A model generated the notes under the pieces. The model was not told where the DNA came from and made no database searches. It was given only the letters and a program-made list of their open reading frames with translations. A DNA stretch of 64,000 nucleotides from Takakia lepidozioides (Eukaryota > Plantae > Bryophyta), in NCBI GenBank assembly GCA_030704615.1, contig CM060734.1, positions 4,960,001 to 5,024,000 on the forward strand, written 5' to 3'. Of this stretch, positions 49,880 to 62,756 are shown one piece after another. A program made the translations under genes and the position numbers. Position 1 is the first letter of the stretch. Each line of letters begins with the position of its first letter.

Positions 49880-52800
49880 TTTTGTTTTTTTTTGTTTTTT
49901 TTTTTGGGAGAACAGGGAACATGCCCTGGTTTAATTTATTAAAATTATTGAAGGGAAAAAAATTAAAACCCTTGATGCCCGTAGGCTGTCATAAGGCTTG
50001 ACGTGACGGATGATCCGACGAACCATGACCAGCTGCAATACCGACAGCTAATGACACACTATGAACGTGTTTGGAGAACGTATGTTCCATGTCCAGAGGA
50101 CGAACCAAGTACTAGGGTATTGAAGCCCTGAAGAAACCGATCCATAGAGCAATCAATGAAATCTGATCGAAGAGGGGCTAGGGAATGAGGGACTAGTGAG
50201 ACTTGACACAGGAAACAGCTGAATTCAGGAAGAGACCTTGGCCCGAGCTTCTATCTGTAGAATAGGTTTGTCCTGGTAGAAGTCTTGACATGCTTCCAGT
50301 TCACGTTGGATTTTTCAAACTCAGGGGAAGCGGAAGATGATGGATTTGTGCCGTTGCCATCGGTGCGGGATATCGTTTGGCCATTCACAGGAGTCAGGGC
50401 CTGCACAATTGCATATGATGCCGCCTCTTCCCCAGGTGGCTTGAAATCTGCTCATAAGGACAAGCTGGCGTTCTGGGGCCTCGGCGATTCCTACACACAT
50501 CTTTGCCCAAGCCAATTTAGCTGCTACGGTAAGATCGAAGAAAAACTTAGTTAGAGTGGCTGTGGCAGTTGAGTTGGCGCTGTGTAGAGACCAGGAGCAT
50601 CTAGCCTTCCAGATGTGCCAGAGAGTAGCACCCCTCAATGTTTCAAAAACTGGGCACTTGAGGGCTGTAGACTTTGCAGTCTTGTCATAGTTCAGCAGAA
50701 GCACCACCTGGTTCGATGGAAGAGGGTCCCATACTCTGTAGAGAGATTCGACCAAGGGCCAGATAAGAGTTGGTGCCTGATAATGAATTAGGCAGTGTTC
50801 CAAGGTCTCAGTCTCAGTCTCTTCTCCCAAACTACCCAGACAATCAGCAATATGGATGCTTTGCAGGCAAGGGTTTGTCACTGGTCTTCTAAATCAGAAG
50901 AAATCAACCCCTCTGTCCTGGAGAATGTGCCCCCTCTTCCTTGGCTGTCATCAGCCTCCTTCGCTTGGATCGCAGGCGTGCCCCTTCAAGAACTCCAGTT
51001 AGACCCTGGTGAATGGAAGTGGAATTTTGGAACCACTCCTTCCAACTTCTTCTCCTACAGTGCTAAAAAAGCATACAGAGCCTTACTCAATGCAACACCA
51101 TTGTATGCTAAGTGGAATGCGAAGTGGAACCATCAGAACTTTCAAGACGAAAATTGGGAATGTATCTAGAAACTCATATGGGACAAGTCCAAACCCGCTA
51201 AGGTGAGTGCTTTCCTATGGCAAGTGGCCAACAAGGTGCTCAAAGTCAGGCATTATCTATGTCGCAGGCCTTTGCCTTGAGGGCAGGGGGTCGGGACACA
51301 GAGGGGCTGCCCCTGTTGTGGGGGCGGTTGCAGCAATAGGTACGAGGGGCTGAAGCACCCTTGAGTACCCAATGCACTCAAGGAGGCGGAGGCACCCACT
51401 AGGTGGAGCCCCGCACACCGGGTTGCGGTGGGGGTGGCTCCACAAGGGGTGGTGGTAGCTTAGTGGGACTTAGTGGGGTGGCATAGGACTCACCATGGGG
51501 CGGAGACCTTGTGGTGGGAATCGTGGGGAGTCTTGGGACTCACCACGGTCCAATGGGGCCGTGGTGGGTGGGCCAACACTCACCGCGACTCATCACCGGG
51601 AACCGAGGGTCTTCGTGGTGGTTCGCCATAAAATGGCATGGTTGTTTGTGAAACCCCCGCGGACAGTCACAGAAGTGTATATATAGGGAGTAGTAACCCC
51701 GAGAACGGTGCAAGCCCGTTGGTGACCAAAAACTAGTGAGTAAGCGAGCGAGCCGGAAAGCGACCAAGGAGTAGGGAGCTATTCCGGACTGCCATCTACC
51801 AAAGGGAATTTCCACTAGGCCCAAATTGGTGGAGGGTCTGTTGGGGGAAAAAATGGGGACCGTTATGTCCTGGTGAGCAGCCGAAGCTCTGAGTTGGCCC
51901 GGCGGCCAGGTTGGGAGTTAGGCACGCGCATCAAAGCGAGTAACTATGACTTGAAGGGGAGCTTACCGAAGTGAGGTGCGCGACACTTGGTATCAGAGCT
52001 TAGAGTTCAGTACACGATCGTCCTTGGGATCGGCCTCATCATGGGGTCGGGCAAGCCAAAGCGAAAGCGGAACGGCCCGAAAGATGATGATCCTGGTGAG
52101 CCCGATGGGGGCGACGTGTCACCGAAACGGACGTTTGAGGAAGCGATGCATGCTTTTGAAAACAAGGTCGCTCAAGAACGGGAGGAATCTGAGGAGTCAG
52201 AGCCCGAGGAATTCCAGAGAGCTCCGACAGACCAACAGATGTCTCCCATGCCAGCAGCCTTTTGGGAAGGGTTGTTGGCGCAGTTTGGCGGGACATTAAA
52301 AGACGTGTTGAAGGCGACTAATGCCACTTCCACTAAGACAAAGTTTAAGGTGAAGCCTAAGGAACCCGGCACCTTCGAGGGCGTCCGAAATCGGAAGGCA
52401 CTCAACACCTGGCTCTTGGAGCTAGAGCAGTACTTCCGGGCGGCCAAGCTGAGTGACGAGGATTGGGTGGAAGTGGCTCCCACCTATTTGAGGGGCTATG
52501 CTCAACAATGGTGGCAAAAACGCCTTCACGACCAAGGTCCAAACCCGGAAACCTTGAACTGGAGTGGGTTCAAAAAACTAATGAAGAGACAGTTAATTGT
52601 GCCCCTCAACGCGTCCTGGCTCGCCCAGGACAAGATGAGGAATCTGAAGCAAACGGATGACATTCGGGGATATGTTTAGGCTTTCAATGTGTTGTTGCTC
52701 GAAGTCGCGGACATGGCAGAACCAAAAATGGTCTTCAACTTTGTGGTGAGACCGGCCCTATGGGCCAGACGGAAGTTGGAGGAGAAGCCACCTAAGACTT

Positions 52801-55800
52801 TGAACGAGGCAATTGAGAGGGCTGAATGTTTCTCGGATGTCCCTAGGGGCGAAAGACAAGGCCGTACGGAGCTGAACCACAAGAAGACCCGGCGGGAGGG
52901 TGACTCCTTTCGACTGGAAAAGAAGTGGGATAGGCCACGCGGCGACAATGGCACGTGGAAATCGAAGGGAGGGCCTTCACACGCCAAGACGACACCCGGT
53001 GCTCCGAAAGGAAAATCAGGTGCGACGCCTTATGGCGGACAAAAGGCGACCTTCGATGGAGTATGCTTCAATTGTGGGGAGCCCGGGCACATGGCCAAGA
53101 AGTGTACGAATCCCCAACAATTGAACATGAGTCGGGCAACCACGGAGTTGTCCGAAGCTTCCATCAGCCGCTTGGTGGAGGCGGTGGTCGCCAAGACTTG
53201 CAAGGTAGGCAACTACTCTTGTGAGTTGTATCAAGAAATTGGCGCCTTGCGTAAAGAGAATCAGTTAATGTTTGTGAGTGGGATAATCTCCGGAACTAAC
53301 GTGTCGTTGTTGGTGGACACAGGAGCGTCGCACTCCTTCATGACACCGGCAACGGCACAGAAGCTAAGACTCCCGACAAGTGATGTGGGGGCCTCTATTG
53401 AGGTGCGTTCTACTAAAGGAGAACCACAACTGGCGACGATGTTGGCGTTCGATGTTCATCTTCAGCTCGGAAGTTGGGAGGGACGTGAGAACTTCACCAT
53501 TTGCGAGATCGATGGAGTGGATCTTATTTTGGGGATGACCTTTTTGAGCAGATCCGGAGCGGTCATAGATGGCCGCAAGAGAGTAGTCACGCTACCGTGT
53601 GGGAATGGTGGCAAAGTTTTACGAGTGTCGGAAACGCCCAACCCCGTGGGAGGGCGAATAAACCTTCTGTCAGCAAGGGAGTGGGCCGTGGAGGAGTCAC
53701 ACGAGCCCCAGTTTTTGCTTTATGTAAGACAAGTGAAGGGAGAAGGCGATGGGGAGCCGAGCCCAGATTGGATCAAGGGGATTTTGGAGAAATACCAGGA
53801 TGTGATGCCGGAGGATTTACCAAGCGGCTTGCCACCGCGAAGGGGAGTTGACCACAAGATTGAGGTGATACCGGGATTGGAGCCGCCTGCCAAGGCACCC
53901 TACCGGTTGAGCCACAGAGAGTTGGTCGAGCTGAAGACTCAGCTCAAGGATCTAATGTCAAAGGGGTACATCCGGCCGAGTAAGTCACCTTACGGAGCCC
54001 CGGTGCTATTCGCAGACAATAAGGATGGGACGTTGCGGATGTGTGTCGACTACAGGGCTCTGAATAAGGTGACTATCAAGAACCGGTACCCTTTGCCAAG
54101 AATCGACGACCTCTTCGATCGGTTGGCAGGAGCGAAGTACTTCAGCCGGATCGATTTGCGCTCCGGTTACCATCAAATCCGAGTGGCGGAAGGAGATGAG
54201 GAGAAAACCGCGTGCAGGACAAGATATGGTTCGTATGAGTTCTTGGTGATGCCTTTTGGACTCACCAATGCACCCGCGACCTTTAGCACGCTGATGAACA
54301 GCCTTTTCCAGGAGTGGCTAGATGACTTTGTGATCGTGTACATCGACAACATCTTGGTATACTCGAAAACAAAGGAGGAGCACCTGGAGCACCTAAAAAG
54401 GTTGTTCCAGAAATTGCGAGAATGGAAGCTATATGCCAAAGCTTCAAAGTGCGAATTCGAGGTCACAAAAATGGAGTTCCTGGGGCATGTGATTACACAG
54501 GATTGGATTAAAATGGATGACAGAAAGGTGAGGGTGATCTTGGACTGGGAGCCTCCGACTTCGGTCCCGGGAGTGCAATCCTTCCTAGGACTCGCCTCCT
54601 ACTACCGGAAGTATGTGAGAAATTTCGCCAAGATCGCGGGGCCGCTGTCAGACCTTCTGTGTAAATCCAAAGTCTGGGTATGGAACACCTTTTGTGGTCA
54701 AGCTTTTGCCGAGTTGAAGCAGCGGATGGCGGAAGCTCCAGTCCTCAAAATCCCGGAGTTCGACCGTCCATTTGAGATTTATACGGATGCGTCGGACTTC
54801 GCTATAGGGGGGTGTACTCATGCAGGATGGACGTCCAGTGGCTTACAAAAGTAAGAAACTAAATGAAGTAGAGCGACGGTGGCCTACGCATGAGAAGGAA
54901 ATGAAGGCGGTGGTGTATTGCCTTGAGCTTTGGCCCCACTATGTTGGTTCCAACCCGGTGAAGGTGTTCACGGACAATGTCACGGTGAAGTATTTTGCCA
55001 CGCAGCCTAAGTTGTCCCCAAAACAACTTAGGTGGCAAGATACTTTGGCGGTCTTCGACGTGGATATCCAGTACAAACCGGGACGAGACAATGTGGTGGC
55101 CAATGCTTTAAGTAGAAAGCAGCAGCTTATGTTGGTGTACAGGGGCGAGATGGCACTCCAAAGGAAGATCTAGAAGGCTTACCAGAAGGATGAGATGGCG
55201 AAGTCCGTGATGCGAGACTTGAGGATGGGGGTTAAATCGCAGTTCCACTTGCAAAATGGACTACTCCGGTATAAGCAAAAACGTCTCTACGTGCCGAAAG
55301 GAGGGATCAGAGATAGTCTCTTGAGAGAATGCCATGATGGCCCGCTTGTGGGCCATGGCGGAGCGGAGCCAAGCGCACCGCGGCACTCTTGAAGAAAGAG
55401 TATTTCTGGCCCAAACTGAGGGAGGAGGCCGAGGAGTATGTCAAGACATGCACCACATGCCAACAAAACCGGAGCGAGTACAAAAAGCAAGCGGGGTTGT
55501 TACAACCCTTGCCGATTCCAGAGGGGTCTTGGGAAAGTATCTCGATGGATTTCATGACTGCTATGCCGCTGTCGAAAGGATTCGATGCAATCATGGTGGT
55601 GGTGGATAGGTTCAGTAAAATGGGCCATTTCATCCCCACCAAGGAGACGGCAACGGCACAGGAGACGGGGCGACTTTACTTCGCCCACGTCTTCAAGCAT
55701 CATGGACTCCCGAAGGATATTGTCTCGGACCGCGATCCAAAGTTTACGAGTAAATTTTGGAGGGCACTTTGGAAGAAGATGGGGACGAGGCTCAAGATGA

Positions 55801-58800
55801 GCACCGCCTTCCGACCTACGACGGACGGCCAAACGGATCGGATGAATTCCGTGGTAAAGCAGATCTTGCGGAATTACGTGTCGGCGGACCAATCGGACTG
55901 GGTGGAGCACTTGGACGCAGCAGAGTTCTGTTATAATAACACAAAACACTCCGCAACGGGTGTTTCCTCTTTCTGGTCTATGGAAAAGCACCTCTAGTGC
56001 CGACAAGTTGGGTTGCGCAAGACGTTGAGGAACCGGCAGCAGCAATGGTGTTGGAGGAACGCGAGCGCTTGTTGAAGCTCGCAAATAACAACATCGCCAA
56101 AGCTAGGAAACGGTATGAACGGCAGGCACGGAGGTCTGGTTGAACATCAAGAATTTTCGACTACCTCCGGAAGTGAATCCGAAGTTCGTGCCTCCGTATG
56201 CGGGACCCTTTCGCATCCGGAAGGTTATGAATGAGGATGTGTATGAATTGGAGTTGCCGGCAAACAGCAAGGTGCATCCGGTATTCCACGTCTCCCATTT
56301 GAAGCCTTACTTCAAAGATGAAGCGCGTCTGAATCGGCATCAAGTGTTGCGTCCGCCACCTGTGCTGTTGGATCATGAAAATGAACCTGAGTACGAGGTG
56401 GAGGCAGTGCTTAAGTCGAGGAGGTTCAAGAATCGAGAAATGGAGTATGTCGTGAAATGGAAGGGCTATCATCATGTGGAGGCATCTTTGGTGCGTGCTT
56501 CAGAAATGGGAAACGCAACCGAGGCGGTTGCAGCTTTCGAAGGGCGACCTCAAAAGCGGAAGAAGCGTTGATGGGGACATCAACCTTGGATCGTGGGGGA
56601 GGAAATGCATACTTAGCCCGGCTTAGCCAGCTCATGAATCCGATTGCAAAAACTTGTGTTGTACAAATTTTGTTATAAATGAAATGGTTTCCAAATGTTG
56701 CGCCTCCTATTTTGTTTGGAATGGTGATGCATGGTATGGTTGGCTAGTGTGTATAATACATGCTAGCTTACAAAAATGGGAGAGGTAAATTAGATTAATC
56801 GTGTGTTTGCGCAGTGCTGAAATCGGGTGACTCCCATCCAAGGGGCAAGGAAACTTGCGCCTTCTTTGTGAGTTCACGTGGCTAGTGCACACCTGGCGCG
56901 TGCGCGTACTATGACTGCGCTACCGAGGGGGGTGCCTTATAGTGCGGGCCAACGCGGAAGCTACGTGCTTCCGTTCACGTACTATAATCGTGTAGCCTCG
57001 GGACGAAGTCGTAGTGCGCCTTCGGCATGTTGTCGTACCTCAGGCCAGCATTCCAAGGCAGACCCAATTGTAGTGATTGGGGTGCACGGTTGGTTCCAGG
57101 TTATCTTCCTACTCAAAAAGGGTTCAAGGTGAACCTTTGCTCAAGGTGATGCCAAAAGCGGCATCATGAGCGGTCGCAAGCAATGTTGTTGCAGTAAGGC
57201 GATTCCATCCTCGGGAGGATCGTTCCATGGCCGTGAAGTGGGCCAAGAAGAGTGCATTGGGAGGAGCTTGAGAGGCTCTACCCTTGGCCGGAACTTGGAG
57301 AAAGTCGGCCGAACTAGCTAGTGGAGAGTAGAGTTAAGTGTGGGGTTTGGTTCTTTGCCATGGGACGCCATGGTGCGGAAACAAACTCCTTGATGTGGGA
57401 CGCCACAACTTGGATGTTCATTTCTACAAAATGGACAAGTCGATGAGGACATCGACTCCCTGTTGGTAGGGGTGTGTGTCGCGGCCCTTTGCCTTGAGGG
57501 CAGGGGGTCGGGACACAGAGGGGCTGCCCCTGTTGTGGGGGCGGTTGCAGCAATAGGTACGGGGGGGTGAAGCACCCTTGAGTGCCCAAGGCACTCAAGA
57601 GGCGGAGGCACCCACTAGGTGGAGCCCCGCACACCGGGTTGCGGTGGGGGTGGCTCCACAAGGGGTGGTGGTAGCTTAGTGAGACTTAGTGGGGTGGCAT
57701 AGGACTCACCATGGGGCGGAGACCTTGTGGTGGGAATCGTGGGGAGTCTTGGGACTCACCACGGTCCAATGGGGCCGTGGTGGGTGGGCCAACACTCACC
57801 GCGACTCGTCACCGGGAATCGAGGGTCTTCGTGGTGGTTCGCCATAAAATGGCATGGTTGTTTGTGAAACCCAAGCGAGCGAGCCGGAAAGCGACCAAGG
57901 AGTGGGGAACTATTCCGGACTGCCATCTACCAAAGGGAATTTCCACTAGGCCCAAATTGGTGGAGGGTCTGTTGGGGGAAAAAAAATGGACCGTTATGTC
58001 CTGGTGAGCAGCCGAAGCTCCGAGTTGGTCCGACGGCCAGGTTGGGAGTTAGGCGCGCGCATCAAAGCGAGTAACTATGACTTGAAGGGGAGCGAAGTGA
58101 GGTGCGCAACAATCTAAACTTTCCGGAAGCCCTGCTTTGTCCTTCCTGCCAGTCAGGATGATCCCGAGAAGCCATCCGCCGTAAAGATATAGCCAGTGTG
58201 GAGTCGTGGTGAGCCTCCATCACATACATGATCGAGTAGGGCTTGCCCAAAGCCGTAACCCAAGTGTTGGGGCTATGCAGACTGCTTCCTGCCCGAAGTA
58301 TGAGTTTCCAAGAGTCAGGAATGGTTTGAATGATGGATTGGATTCCAGATCTGAATCTGTTGGCCCCCAGGGTAGCAGTAAGAGGTTCGGAGGAGCTGGA
58401 CCAGAGATGCCTTATCTGCGAGACTCCTCTGGTCTCCCGTGTTGCCTACTTTTTAGCTTGGATTTTGTCTGATTGAGTAGGGGAGGCAGAGTTGAGGAAG
58501 AGATGTTGCCTCATGACCTCAAAATAGGTGGCAGGGTTGGACTTTACTAGAAAGGGTCTGAATTTGTTCCATGCCGACCAAATAGATACCCAAAGGGGGG
58601 AACCTATAGCCTTGTGCCTGAATCCCTGCGCAATCCATCTCATGGAAGGGTTCCAAACTGTGACAGAAAGAGAGGAGCTTAGGGATATGTATTGGCCGAC
58701 AAGCAGTTTCCACCAGCCCCCCTTTGGACCCAGGAACCTTGGTAGCCACTTCCCAAGTAGTGCCTGAATCTGAGTTTGTGGGTCAAGGACCCCCAAACCT

Positions 58801-61800
58801 CCTTCTTTGGTAATGTTATCTGCTTCCAGGAAACTTGTGGTCTTTTGTTTTGGGTGCTCGATTGAGCCCCCCAAATAAAGTTCCTAGAACATCTTTTGAT
58901 CTCATTCAGGAAGTCCGAGTCCGGTCCCCAGATTGCCGTAAAATACCATATCCCTGCTTGCAGAATCTAATTTGCTATTAGAGCTCTACCAGTGATGGAG
59001 AGGAAGCGGGAGCCCCAATATGCTAGTTGTCTCTTGTAACTGGCCAGGGTGGGGCCCATTCTTTGCTTGTCTGAAAGGCCGATGCCGAAGGCATGGCCCA
59101 AAAGGGTCGTAGGTTCCCCTGCCTTTAACCATACCAACCCAATATTATCCCCCCAAGTTGGGACAATCCCTATGGCTGATTTGGAGGTGTCGCCCACAAG
59201 CAGGGCCTTGGTTTTAGTCCAGTTGACCCTGAAGCCGGAGACCTGGCAGAATTGTTGGAGTGTTTGTTGGGCTGCCTCCAATGTGGGTGGCGTGGCGTCC
59301 AGCAGGAGGAAGGTATCGTCAACGAACATGGAATCTTTAATCTGTAGGCTAAGTTGAGCTGATGGGTTGCGGATGTTCAGGCCGTGGACTGCTATGTTCC
59401 TGTCTAGAAGGTATCCCAGGGCGTCTGCCACAAAGAGGAACAAGAAGGGGGCCAAGGGCCATCCCTGTCTGACGCTTCAGTGAAGGTCGAAGGGCTTGGA
59501 GAGACACCCATTTATCACTACCTTGCTTGAGGATTGGTTAAGGAGGATGTGAACCCAGCTGCAGAACCCAGGAGGAAGCCCCACTTTGCAAAGGACTTCC
59601 AAGAGGAAGGTCCAATCCACCTTATCAAAGGCCTTCTCAAAATCTAGAAGCCATAGGGCTAGTGCCTGATGCGCGGCAGAAGCGAAGTAAGTAGCTTCAT
59701 GAGCCAGCAGCACATTGTCTAATATGTACCTCCCTTTAATGAACCCGGTTTGCCGAATCCGAATGAGGTTTGGAAGGAGGGGTTGCAAACGAAGGGCCAG
59801 CGCCTTAGCTATGATCTTATAAGCCACGTTTAAGAGCGTGATTGGTCTGTAGTTGTTTATGTCAGATTTGTCACTCTTCTTGAACAGGAGAGTGATGACT
59901 CCCTGTGACATAGAAGATGGCATAACACCGGTTGCTTTGATAGAAATGGCCATAGCGCAGAAATCCTGCGAGATGTGGGGCCACAAGGCCTTATAGAATT
60001 CTGCCGGCATTCCGTCCAGGCCCGTGGCCTTGTTATTATTCATCTTGTCCAAAGCCTTCCGTAGTTCCAGTTGTGTGAAGTCAGCCTCCAAAGCCTGGCC
60101 GAGGTGGATTGGGAGTTTAAGAGGGATCGCTGATAGGCATGTCTCCATGTTGGCTTTGTGTTGGGGGTCTTTCTGATCCTCTTTGAACAGATTGGCAAAA
60201 TGGGAGAAAGCTATGGCAGACATAGTCCTAGGGGCAGTGGATTTGTTACCAAGGTTGTCAGAGTACAGTTCATGAACCCTCTGAAGTGACTTCCTAAGCT
60301 TGACTTTCTCGAAGAAGTACTTGGACATCTTTTCCCCCTTAGCTGACCAGTTGACACCCGCCTGTAAGCGCATTCTTTCTTCTTGCAAAAACTGGAACTT
60401 TTCCAAGTTCTGGCGGGCTTCCAGGTAGGTGTGGAATGTGTGGCCATCACATGAGTCGGTCTCTATTGTTTTTTGGCATACTGATAAGCATTTTGACCTT
60501 CCTTTTCTAGGCAGCGGAGATGTCTCTACTCAAATCTTGGGCAGTTTTGCTAGTGGCTTTGAGCTTGAGGCTGAATGTTTGGATGGGGCATTGAAGGTTG
60601 TTTGCAGAATCCTTCCAGGTTTGTTCTAGACTGAGCTTGAAGTAGGGGATTTTGAGGTAGGAGGTGTTGAGTTTATAAATTCCTCTTCCCTTCTTTGCAG
60701 CCTGAGACATGGTCAGCAAGGCAGACACTAGTGCATGGTCGAAACCCTGTTGTATGGCTTCTTGTGGGTGGAGCCTAGCTTTGTTGGATATAGAGAGCGA
60801 GATGTAGATTCTGTCTAATCTTGCCATGCAAAGGTCATGAAGGGAGCGGTTATTGGACCAGGTGAAGAAGGGGCTGAGTCCACCAGGTTGACAGAGCGGT
60901 ATGTCTATTTCAGAGAGGTTGTGTGTTTGGAGAAGGGACTGCCAAGGCGCCTCTTCCCCAATGTTAAGATGAGGGGAGGTTGAACCACATCTGTCCCGAT
61001 CATTATCAACCATATTGAAGTCTCCCGCCATCACCCAAGAGTGAATGAGTGATTGGGAGTTCATTTTCTGGTTTATAAGGTGTCACAGGTCAGCCCGGTC
61101 GGAGTGGTTGTTTGGTGCATAGATGTTAACAAGGCCTAATGGGTCGGGCTGACTAGGAAGTTTGAGGGAACAGAACTGAGTGGCAAAACGCGTTTCGCCT
61201 GGATTGCGGAGGCTGTATTTGGGTTCGTGCCTCCTATATATTGCCAATGGTGTCCCTTGCTCGAATGGCCGCCAAATTGGAAATTGGGGGCTGGTTATAG
61301 GGAGGCTCGCGGATCCAAAGCCCTTTACCCTCTGGGTGGTGGTTCAACAGAGATATTTTTCTTCAATGAGAGCCAGTATCTGAGTTGATGGAGTGAGGGC
61401 AGATACAAGACCAGGGTATTGTTCAACGTAGGCCCCCCATGTGATTTGTGTGCGAGGCTGCAGAGAGTAGTTAGTGGAGTACTTGTGAAGAATAGCTTGG
61501 ATTTTTTCCCTGAGGGTAGGTATTGGGTCACGGTCAATGGGGCAGGTGGCCATGTAGTGAAGAACATCCGCCGTCGTGATCCAATGAGATTCCAATGCAA
61601 TACCTTGCGAAGCGGTTGCTAAGAGAGCAAGGAAATGAACGGAGCCTGGCACAGTTCCTGGCAATGATTGGATAGATCGTGATTGTAGTTCTACCTCGAT
61701 GGAGAGCCGATTGTGGAGCTTTTGGCTTGGACTGAAGAAGAGCAGCAGGCCTGGAGGTGCAGGCCTGCCCGCGAGGCAGTTGTGTGTGGTTGGGCTGAGA

Positions 61801-62615
61801 TGGTATGTGGACCACGGGGGCAGAATGGGCATGGGGGCAGCCTCGACCATCATGGGATCAACATGCTCTTTTCGCCTTTTCCCTGCCGGGGATGATGAAG
61901 ACTGCTCGAGGGAGCTGTCCCAATCTTGTTGGTTTGGGGTCAGAGAGATATGGGTGTCTGTTGTAGCAGTAGGGACTTTGTTTTTGAGTTTCGATGGAAT
62001 GGGCATCTTGGTGGTGTTGTTGAGCGGGGCCTCAGTTTGTGAGTTGGGGGCTGATTGCATTGAAGCCCTTTTGCGTTTTGCTGCTGGGCAGTCGGCACGA
62101 AGGTGGCCAGATTGTCCACATGAGTAGCAAGCTGTAGAGGAGGTGTCTTCCACAATTTTGACCGAGAAATAATTTCCCTCCATATCAATGGGCAATCTAA
62201 TGAATTGAGGTAGAATTGCATCTATTGGCATTGTGACCACAATTTTTGGGAATCCATTGTCGTTGATCCTAGATGCAATAGTGGCCCCCTTCCATGCTGG
62301 CTCTTTGGAAAGCTCCTTTGTGCACATAAATGGGTCAAACACCCCCAGGCACCCAAGGAAGACCCCGAAGTAGTTGCCATGTCCGGGAGGCTGAAAAGGT
62401 GCTGATCCGAAATGTAGGGAAGAGCGATGATGCGAGGGGCCCACACCTTGCCATTGCCATTACCCATTGCCGCAGACCACGGAAAAATGTTAACATTTAA
62501 ACCATGGAGGTGTGGGTTGAATGAGAGGGCCTTATCTGCAACCTCCTGAATTTCCATCAAAATTGAATAGAAGCCTTTGCCTCTAGAGTGATAGAAGTGG
62601 TGGTTCAAATACCCC
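49880..62615 (-). mobile_element. Near-full-length L1-clade LINE (ORF1 with CCHC knuckle; ORF2 APE-RT-zf), degenerate, internally inverted and interrupted by a chromovirus
   Basis: ORF1: CYSCGQSGHLRADC. APE: MAGDFNMV, FTWSN, RLDRIY, DHALV. RT: NYRPITLLN, QTGFIKGR, LDFEKAFDKV, MFVDDT. C-terminus: ETLEHC. Poly(A) appears as a T-tract at 49880-49905. Confidence 0.92.
51260..58111 (+). mobile_element. Full-length Ty3/gypsy chromovirus copy B (5' LTR 51260-51985, PBS 51988-51999, gag-pol with integrase + chromodomain, 3' LTR 57477-58111, TSD ATCTA)
   Basis: TG...CA LTRs with ATCTA on both sides (51255-51259 and 58112-58116). Protease LVDTGAS, RT, RNase H, integrase (CTTCQ, SMDF, IVSDRD) and chromodomain YEVEAVL...YVVKWKGY. 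Several stops and frameshifts are present. Confidence 0.97.
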
Positions 62616-62687
62616 GATCCCCTGATCCCCCCTTATTTATAAAAGGAGGAAAAAATAACCTAAAAAGATACAAGCCATGGAGGCTGA

Positions 62688-62756
62688 GAAGCCTCTCGGG
62701 GAGTGCACGAAATTCAGGGATGCAAAGCGAGCTCTTTCTTTCTTCTTTTTCCTTTT
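62688..62756 (+). repeat. Right copy of the direct duplication of 49743-49836
   Basis: 44/47 identity over the first block, followed by the pyrimidine tract. It lacks a 25-bp internal segment present in the left copy. Confidence 0.9.
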
